This document shows positions 59,558-64,000 of a DNA stretch of 64,000 bases, piece by piece; positions within the stretch are counted from its first letter, which is position 1; every line of letters starts with the position of its first letter. The notes under the pieces were generated by a model that worked only from the letters and a program-made list of their open reading frames with translations, was not told where the DNA came from and did not search any database. A program made the translations under genes and the position numbers. The stretch is from Alphaproteobacteria bacterium (lineage in GTDB: Bacteria > Pseudomonadota > Alphaproteobacteria > Rs-D84). Location: contig JAIDWS010000035.1 of the NCBI GenBank assembly GCA_029059055.1, positions 8,670 to 72,669 of the forward strand. Direction: 5' to 3'.

Positions 59558-60612
59558 TGTCAGCCTTAATTATTTCCAAAGCAATTGCTTTCGCTAATTT
59601 TGGGGGCACAGCATTGCCAATTTGTTTTATTACAGATGATTTATTCCCATAAAAAATATAGGCGTCGGGAAACGATTGAATCCTTGCCGCTTCGCGTGGG
59701 GTGATAGAACGATTTAAGAACGGATGATTATTCTGTCCATTAGACGGTGTATCAAATCTCGTCACAATCGTTGGCGATGGCTTATCTTTCTCTAATCTGC
59801 ACCAGGTTCCACCGAATGTTGATTTAGTTAGATGTTCCTTTGGTAAAAATTCTTTACCTTTTTCAGGCGGAATCATTGCTAGTCTCTGTATCGCAACATC
59901 TGAATGTTTTGTCGCCATATGGTTGTATAACTTCTTGCTATTTGCTCTCAATTCTTTTTGATATTTAGATTCAGACTTGTTTTTATAATCAGCAACAAAT
60001 TCCCCTTCGCCAGATTCTAAATAGGCCAAATCAGATATCGCATCCCAAACCGAAACAATTTTCTGTTTTGTATCCATTTTTGGTATTTTTGCTTTACCAT
60101 CACGCGAACCTATAAATACGGCTCTACGTCTAGTTTGCGGAACACCAAAATATCTTGCATCCAAAATACCATAATCAACTTTATATCCCTGTTCCCGTGC
60201 TTCTTTTAAAATCAAATCTAAGAAATAGCCATCAGCGGTCCCCAACAAGGCAGCAACATTCTCAATAACGAAATACTTAGGCTTGAAAAAAGAAGTGTAT
60301 TTAAAGAATTCTTTAAACAGATAATTTCTTTCGTCATCTTTACCGAGACATTTTCCACGAGTTGAAAAACCCTGGCAAGGCGGCCCTCCAACTATAATAT
60401 CAATCGGCTGTTTAAGGGCTTTTGCAACTGCTTTTATGTCTAGTTTGCAAATATCACCAATGAAAACTTTTGTGTTAGGATTGTTTTTAGCATAAGAATC
60501 TGCAATAGACGGCTCTAATTCTAACGCACCAACTAGATTAAAACAGCCAGTTTGTTCAAAACCAAGACTCAGCCCACCAACGCCTGCGAATAATTCTAGC
60601 AGATTTAACTTT
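59550..60612 (-). CDS. DNA (cytosine-5)-methyltransferase
   Basis: LELFAGVGG (motif I), GGPPCQGFS (motif IV), ENV (motif VI). Real start MRKLNLLELF... Confidence 0.85.
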
Positions 60613-60867
60613 CTCATTTCTTTTCCGTCTCTTTGAGAATGAATTATAATAAAGTCAATAAAAAAATGATATAAAAAAATTATATCATCCCATATTCTAC
60701 TTGTTATCCGTGGCTTCAAGTAAACAAGTACACACAAACTGTGTATACATAATGAGCAAGATCCACATAAAAAGAAAATATACGTATACAGAAAGCTCGG
60801 GATGCCCTTTACACACAAATTACTAAGCCACCCAACAAAAATAAAACCCGCCGGGTGGCGGGTATGA

Positions 60868-62493
60868 TTATTGCGACAGCACCCCCGTATTCAACCCCAG
60901 GAAATTGATTACCGCCGCAATCTGCACATCGTTTTGATTTTCACGCACATTTGATGATGCCAACGTTACTTCGCCACTGATACCCAATTCACGCGCCGGA
61001 TTGACATAGACCAATTTCATATCGGATTTCACAACATTGATTTTGGTCCCGTTTTTCACCGCCATCGCCCAGAACCAGACATCGTCGGCCGACGGCGCCA
61101 AATGCTGGAACAAATCTGCGCGCACCACATCCCCGCACAGGCAATGCGGCGGATACAACACACCCCCGACACCGGTTTGAAAATTCCCATACGACGGGGA
61201 CACACCCTGGATTTCAGCATGCCACATATTGTATGGCAAAATATTGTTCTGATACCCCAATCCCACACGGTGCGCCCGCATGCAATGCACCATATCGGGA
61301 TTCTGCAAATACGCGTCATACAATTTTTCCACCAGATATTCCGGATAAAAGATATCATCATCAACCGTTATAATAATGTCATCGGGATATTGCTGTAATG
61401 CCGGCACCAACTTGGTATACGAACGCATATCCGTGCACCATTGAATACGTATTCCCATCCGAACCAGGCGCAATACCGATTCCGGTAAATCCTTTTCACG
61501 ATTGGGGAATTTATCCGCCCCCAGCCACAACACAATTTCATCCGGCACCACGGTTTGTTTCAGCAACGAAAACAACGTATAATGAATATCGCCCATCCGT
61601 GCGGGAAACGACGTCAACGACACGATAATTCTGGGACGTCGCCCCGACGGCGCATCGGCAATCGGCGCACGCCACGCGTCAATTTCCCCATCAATGGCCG
61701 ATTTGGAAATATGCGGAATTTCATTCAATCGGCGTTGCCGGTCGGCGGCCAAGGCCGCCGGATTTAATCTGTCCCACGAAATACCACGTCGCACAATCTG
61801 TCCGGGATTACCCGCGATGACAACACCCGCATCGCCATAATCACGATAACAGACCGCACCACCGCTGACGATGGAATGATTGTGAATACGGGCACGTTTG
61901 GTGATTCTGGCGCCTTCGCCAATCCAGACATGGTCGCCGATAACAACGGGGCCGGACGGCTGGTTTAAAATTTCGCGGGTGGCGGCATCCAAAACAGAAT
62001 GCCCATCCGATGCCCAGATATTAATGGAATTCGATAACATACAATCCCGCCCGATGATGCAACCGCTGTGTTCCGCCAGCTTTATATTCACCCCATAACA
62101 GGTCGTATGCGACCCGATTTTACAAACCTGGCCTGCACCACAACGGCAATCAATGCGTAACCGCTTTAAACAGGGCGACGTGCCAATATCGACCGTCACA
62201 TCATCATTTTCGATGACTATCTTGGATTTTTCGGCCACAATCGGTAATTCCAGCGTGACCGTATTATTATTTCCCACAATAATGATATCCAATCCCGCAA
62301 TGCGCCGTCCCCGCGCCAGCGGCATCCGCACCCCGCCATCAATGACAAAGATGCGGTTGTTTTTGCCGCGCACCCGATACCGGGCGCCACGCACCAGATG
62401 ACGCGGCCCCTTTTGATAACTGATGATTTTCATGCCACAAAAATAAATGTGGCGCCGACCGTTATTGAAACGTTGTTTACAGAATATTTTCAT
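60868..62493 (-). CDS. Bifunctional left-handed-beta-helix acyltransferase / glycosyltransferase-like protein
   Basis: N-terminal hexapeptide repeats (..VIGDHVWIGEGARI..); C-terminal domain with an ...ITVDDDIFYP... DxD-type motif. Confidence 0.5.
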   Translation of the reverse strand: MKIFCKQRFNNGRRHIYFCGMKIISYQKGPRHLVRGARYRVRGKNNRIFVIDGGVRMPLARGRRIAGLDIIIVGNNNTVTLELPIVAEKSKIVIENDDVTVDIGTSPCLKRLRIDCRCGAGQVCKIGSHTTCYGVNIKLAEHSGCIIGRDCMLSNSINIWASDGHSVLDAATREILNQPSGPVVIGDHVWIGEGARITKRARIHNHSIVSGGAVCYRDYGDAGVVIAGNPGQIVRRGISWDRLNPAALAADRQRRLNEIPHISKSAIDGEIDAWRAPIADAPSGRRPRIIVSLTSFPARMGDIHYTLFSLLKQTVVPDEIVLWLGADKFPNREKDLPESVLRLVRMGIRIQWCTDMRSYTKLVPALQQYPDDIIITVDDDIFYPEYLVEKLYDAYLQNPDMVHCMRAHRVGLGYQNNILPYNMWHAEIQGVSPSYGNFQTGVGGVLYPPHCLCGDVVRADLFQHLAPSADDVWFWAMAVKNGTKINVVKSDMKLVYVNPARELGISGEVTLASSNVRENQNDVQIAAVINFLGLNTGVLSQ

Positions 62494-62841
62494 AATCAAA
62501 ACTATATCGTCCCCCATCCCGCCATTCAAGAAATAATATAAAAAAACATTGATTTCGCCAATTTGCATTGTTAAAATAATTATTGAACACACAGGGATGT
62601 GCGTTCAGGGTCGTCAAAAAGCCCATCTACAAGCAATGCGAATGCATTGTATCCGCAACAATATGCGGCGCAAATGGCGCCTTTTATTGTAACACCCCGC
62701 ACGGTCGGGGAGCCGTCAGTTATAAAACAGGCTTTTCACCAAAGGCTGGCGGGGTCACACTTGTGGATGATTTTTTGAACTCCCTGACCATCAGATTCCT
62801 TGATGGTCTTATTCATTTAGAAAACAAACCAGGAGTCAAAA

Positions 62842-63588
62842 ATGAAAAAACTTATCATTACATCAACTGCCGTCATGGCAATGTTTACCGGGGCATCCCA
62901 CGCAGACGGATTTTATATCAGCCCGCGCATCGCATGGTCGGACATGCACATTGACGAAACGCGCATCGAAAAAAAGCCCGTCAATGGTGCATGGTCGGAT
63001 TTTGCCGGGGCCAAGCATGAATCTTGGTCTGACAACGACGGCAATCTGGCCCCGAAATTCGCGGTCGGTTATGATTACAACACCAACAAATACGGTATTT
63101 TGGGGCTGGAAATTGAATATGGTCAAACGTCCAATCATTTTGACCCCACACGCAGTGACGTTGATTTTGACGGCAATCTGTTGAACGACAGTGACAGCCG
63201 CGATTTCAAATACAGTGAATCCACATTGTCATTGAACGCGACATACGGATATGATTTCAAATACGTCATCGGGTTTGTCACGGCCGGGATTGGTTATACA
63301 ACAATTGATTCCGAAAACAATTTCCGCAGCGGTACATATTGGTGGGAAACCCGCGACAGCGAACGTAACGCATCATGGAATATTGGTGCCGGCATTGCGG
63401 TTCCGGTTACGAAAAATGTTTCGGTTACATTGGCATATCGCTATACAGATTTGGGCAATGTTAAATACACCAACCGTATGTATCACGAAAATGCCCGTGC
63501 TGGTAATAATGGGATTGAACGCCACTTTGATTCCGACGTTGATTTAAGCAAACATGAAATCATTGCCGGGATGAAGGTCGCCTTTTAA
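62842..63588 (+). CDS. Outer-membrane beta-barrel protein (OmpA/OmpW-like 8-strand barrel), signal peptide
   Basis: MKKLIITSTAVMAMFTGASHA; alternating strands; C-terminal ...AGMKVAF. Confidence 0.6.
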   Translation: MKKLIITSTAVMAMFTGASHADGFYISPRIAWSDMHIDETRIEKKPVNGAWSDFAGAKHESWSDNDGNLAPKFAVGYDYNTNKYGILGLEIEYGQTSNHFDPTRSDVDFDGNLLNDSDSRDFKYSESTLSLNATYGYDFKYVIGFVTAGIGYTTIDSENNFRSGTYWWETRDSERNASWNIGAGIAVPVTKNVSVTLAYRYTDLGNVKYTNRMYHENARAGNNGIERHFDSDVDLSKHEIIAGMKVAF

Positions 63589-63752
63589 CCCCACCCAATC
63601 AACACACACAAACGCGGACAGCTTTAAGGTGGGCATAACGCCCACCTTAAACATTTGGCAAGCGCAACTGAACAATTCACGAACTGATGACATCCACGAT
63701 TTATTGCAATTTGGCAAAGAGATTAAGGCGTTTTAAGCAAACATCACCACAA

Positions 63753-64000
63753 TCAAATTTGAAAAATGGTGTCGATTCTTATATTCTTTGCAAACATTTC
63801 ATCATGCGATACCAGTAATATTGCGCCTTGATATTGATTAAGGGCATTTTCTAATATTGCGATACTTTTTATTTCCAGATTGTTCGTTGGCTCGTCCAAT
63901 ATCAACAAGTCGGGTTGCGTGACACCACCCAGTATCGCCGCCAATGTTGCCTTTAATAATTCCCCGCCAGATAATGTTCCAACACGTCGCCCACCTGTAT
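63753..64000 (-). CDS. ABC transporter ATP-binding protein (ABC-F-like), C-terminal part only; N-terminus lies beyond the window
   Basis: Walker [13 protein letters not shown] and H-loop ...LLVSHD... Confidence 0.6.
   Translation of the reverse strand, partial: TGGRRVGTLSGGELLKATLAAILGGVTQPDLLILDEPTNNLEIKSIAILENALNQYQGAILLVSHDEMFAKNIRIDTIFQI

Noticed and set aside
1-64000. CRISPR arrays, rRNA genes, transposases or integrases
   Set aside because: I saw no regularly spaced short direct repeats, no rRNA-like sequence and no DDE-transposase or tyrosine/serine-recombinase ORFs. The islands appear to lack their mobility genes.

Overview
This window looks like an alphaproteobacterial chromosome segment at roughly 50% GC. 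The alphaproteobacterial call rests on GapR/DUF2312, ihfA next to fabH, SPOR-domain proteins and the shape of the rho-independent terminators.

The conserved backbone is on the minus strand and runs from tRNA-Trp through secE, nusG, rplK, rplA, rplJ and rplL to rpoB and rpoC, a 12 kb block. After a HAD-like gene come rpmF and plsX, then an intervening island, then fabH and ihfA.

Other housekeeping genes:
- a glycosyltransferase paired with a SAM-dependent methyltransferase, an MltB-like lytic transglycosylase, hemW and an M13 metallopeptidase;
- an mraZ gene that stands alone, with none of the usual cell-division and cell-wall (dcw) cluster genes after it;
- yidC, lspA, a Kef-type CPA2 antiporter, rsmA, recR, a PBP5-like carboxypeptidase with a SPOR domain, and pyk;
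- gapR, an RNHCP-domain protein, comEC, truA, fmt, def and rmuC;
- a marR-tolC-MFP-RND efflux operon, followed by a beta-barrel outer-membrane protein and a partial ABC ATPase at the window edge.

Accessory and unusual content:
1. A stand-alone virB8/virB9/virB10-like operon (29.7-34.4 kb). It has a clean sigma70 promoter and no type IV secretion ATPase genes nearby. The VirB9 homologue carries a C-terminal SPOR-like peptidoglycan-binding domain. The VirB10 homologue carries a roughly 250-aa cysteine-rich C-terminal extension.
2. Two paralogous leaders of about 190 nt (near 10.0 kb and 14.3 kb). Each has its own promoter, a possible 13-14-codon leader ORF and mutually exclusive CCAACC/GGTTGG/CCAACCACC hairpins ending in a terminator. 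Together these look like an undescribed attenuator or riboswitch. One sits ahead of a small XRE-type protein, the other ahead of a secreted cysteine-rich protein.
3. An insertion at tRNA-Arg(CCT) of about 4 kb that splits plsX from fabH. It carries a MerT-like membrane protein and a divergent MerR-type promoter (19-bp spacer with a dyad operator) driving a DUF362-flavodoxin operon. It is bounded by a 105-bp palindromic repeat that has a second copy at 9.8 kb.
4. An AT-rich island at tRNA-Gln(TTG) with tandem att-like direct repeats. It carries a histidine phosphatase and a putative restriction-modification module: an HNH nuclease, a DPPY methyltransferase and a C5-cytosine methyltransferase.
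5. Smaller oddities: a cysteine-rich reading frame split by an in-frame TAA between truA and fmt, and a terminator hairpin reused three times.
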